This document shows positions 61,316-64,000 of a stretch of 64,000 bases of DNA, piece by piece. The position numbers and the translations under genes are program-made. The notes under the pieces are model-generated. The model was not told the DNA's origin, made no database searches, and worked only from the letters and a program-made list of their open reading frames with translations. Positions within the stretch are counted from its first letter, which is position 1; each line of letters opens with the position of its first letter. The stretch is from the NCBI GenBank assembly GCA_002269645.1, contig NIVC01000255.1, forward strand, positions 558,001 through 622,000. The letters are read 5' to 3'. The DNA is from Macrostomum lignano. Its lineage: Eukaryota.

Positions 61316-61352
61316 TTCAGGACGAATTTTTCGTGAAAAAGGGAGATATTGT
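61316..61352 (+). promoter_or_regulatory. Polypurine tract and start of the 3' LTR of Gypsy 3
   Basis: CAGGACGAATTTT..GAAAAAGGGAGA-TAT-TGT; typical Gypsy U3 junction. Confidence 0.7.
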
Positions 61353-62109
61353 AGAGAGTTATTAGACCATACCGTAATGCTCTACTTAAAGTAATATTCT
61401 AAGGAAGTCAATTTCTTTCAAAATGAGTCATATCTATTTTAGGAATTACGCGCAAACAGAATGATTTAGAACCCTACATTGTTTGATCAAGGAACCGGAT
61501 TTCAACAGCTGTATTTGTTTAACTCCATATATGGTAATGCTCAAACATGCATGACCGCTTAATCAAACATTTTTGACCTAAGTAAATACCCAATCCCAAA
61601 CCGGTTTTTTCCAAAATTTTGCCATAAATATAAGAGAAAATTCGAGTCAAAAATTCAGACTCGGAGCGGTCTCTAAGAAGACTCTGAAGAAATAAGAAGA
61701 CCAATCTCTGAGGGACCACACCTGTCCAATTGGTAAGAGTTTACCCGATTTAGTCAATTGTTAATAGCGCTAATAAATTGATTAATTGAGTTTACGAGTG
61801 CCACTTATTGTCGACACATTTGAGAAAGGCCTCCTTGTTTCCTAGGATACATTCCTAGAGGATTTATTGAATTGAATTGAGTTATCCGTTACGTTTCGGA
61901 CGTAACGAAGAAGACGCCCTTCAGGAGGACCTATCACAGAAAATTAGAGAATTCAATTGTTCATTAGGGCGCACGTTCTGCTGTTAATTCCGAGCTCGAA
62001 GACCGTCAAGAAATTCTGATTCGCTCTCGTTCTTATTGTACTTTAACTTTTAGGGTAAAAGTACAAAAAAAGTGTTTTTTTCAGGTCGAAAATAAGGCTT
62101 TTTTAACTT

Positions 62110-62328
62110 TGCTTTACCGCAGCGAAAAGTTCCGGGAGAGAGGCACTTACCAACAACCGCTTCGATTTCAGCAGCAATGTGATTTTTGTTGAGCTTGGTC
62201 GGTAGAATCGGGTGTCGGAGACCAAATTAAAGAGCTTGCTGTTCAGACGGACTCAGTTTGTAGCTAGAGATGTTAGTGATGGCCTGTGGGAAACTCCTGT
62301 TGGTGTGTTGCTTTTCAAGCCATAGGTT
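62110..62328 (-). pseudogene. Penelope-like fragment related to the element at 37.9-40.9 kb
   Basis: NLWLEK..ITNISSYKLSPSEQQAL*FGLRHPILPTKLNKNHIAAEIEAVVGKCLS vs NLWAEK..RGLRHPVLPARLNKHHITAEIESAIGRCLS. Confidence 0.8.
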
Positions 62329-62741
62329 TGGGGGGCAAACGGCAACTTAAACCGAGGGACTCTGTGACATCCGCCAGCTTTTCGTTTTTCGAGGAGGCTC
62401 TTCCCCCTCCTTTTCGTTCCGGCCTGGCGTGGAAGCGGCTAGCTTCCTCGTCTTGGTCTGCTGGTGGGGGACGGATCCCCCCTGCTGCTTTTTTGCGGGG
62501 CAGGTGGCTGCTAAGTAGTTGGCTGCTGGCTAAGCGCCAACTACCCATCGACAGCCCTTAGTTGCAACTGGTACCACACGGGTTCTCGAGGGCCGCTCTT
62601 GTGGGGGAGGGCTCGGGCGTCGGCTGTCAACTCGACCTGGCGCCTGTGTCCCAAGCCCGCAGCCGGCCTCCCGCCCCCTGATCTTGCAGAGTGTGGACCG
62701 GGGGCCTGCCGGAGCCTCGCCTGGGAGCAATCCTGGGATAA

Positions 62742-63802
<1,061 letters not shown>

Positions 63803-63803
<1 letters not shown>

Positions 63804-64000
63804 TGCCGTTCCCAACCCCGTGCCAAACTAGGAGCGGGGCGCTGAGGGCGAACCTTAACGGCCAGCCCAATGATGACACTGCCACCAGCAACCAAATAAA
63901 TAATCCGCCGCCGGCGAACCAACCTGTTAACCTGCACATTATTCAGATCAACCTGCACCACGCCCTTGCAGCATCTAGCAACCTTTCAGGCACCTTTGCC
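63803..64000 (+). CDS. LINE ORF2 start (APE endonuclease), partial
   Basis: ATG overlaps the ORF1 stop (TAATG); the frame stays open to the window end and reads IIQINLHHALAAS. Confidence 0.85.

Noticed and set aside
61886-61930. Hammerhead-like sequence on the minus strand near the Penelope relic
   Set aside because: Core is CTGAAGG (missing the conserved A) and stem I does not pair; at best a dead remnant.

Overview
A eukaryotic window, almost certainly an animal nuclear genome (GT-AG introns, TTAGGG-type tracts). It is made almost entirely of nested transposable elements, and I recognise no conserved single-copy host gene. Main contents, left to right: (1) A spliced Helitron on the minus strand (OTU, Zn finger, HUH Rep, PIF1 helicase, plus a separate RPA70-like gene; 1-8.4 kb). 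(2) A family of non-autonomous, TSD-less, Helitron-like elements carrying interchangeable minisatellite arrays and a tRNA-derived Pol III module (9-14 kb and 24.6-32.7 kb). (3) A nested palindrome with divergent TATA promoters, driving a poly-Q ORF that was hit three times by (CAA)-tailed Ingi-like LINEs. Two of these carry an HDV-like ribozyme fold and a 2A peptide, and one encodes five PHD fingers. (4) Three Gypsy remnants, each with different extra ORFs after pol; one carries two double-RING genes. (5) Three Penelope-like pieces, two with minimal hammerhead ribozymes. (6) An EnSpm/CACTA-like transposase next to a BEN-domain gene. (7) A restriction-endonuclease-like ORF of prokaryotic/giant-virus type. 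(8) A second OTU-bearing Helitron head. (9) The 5' end of an R1/LOA-like LINE running off the window. All assignments come from motifs read by eye and recalled family signatures; no searches were run.
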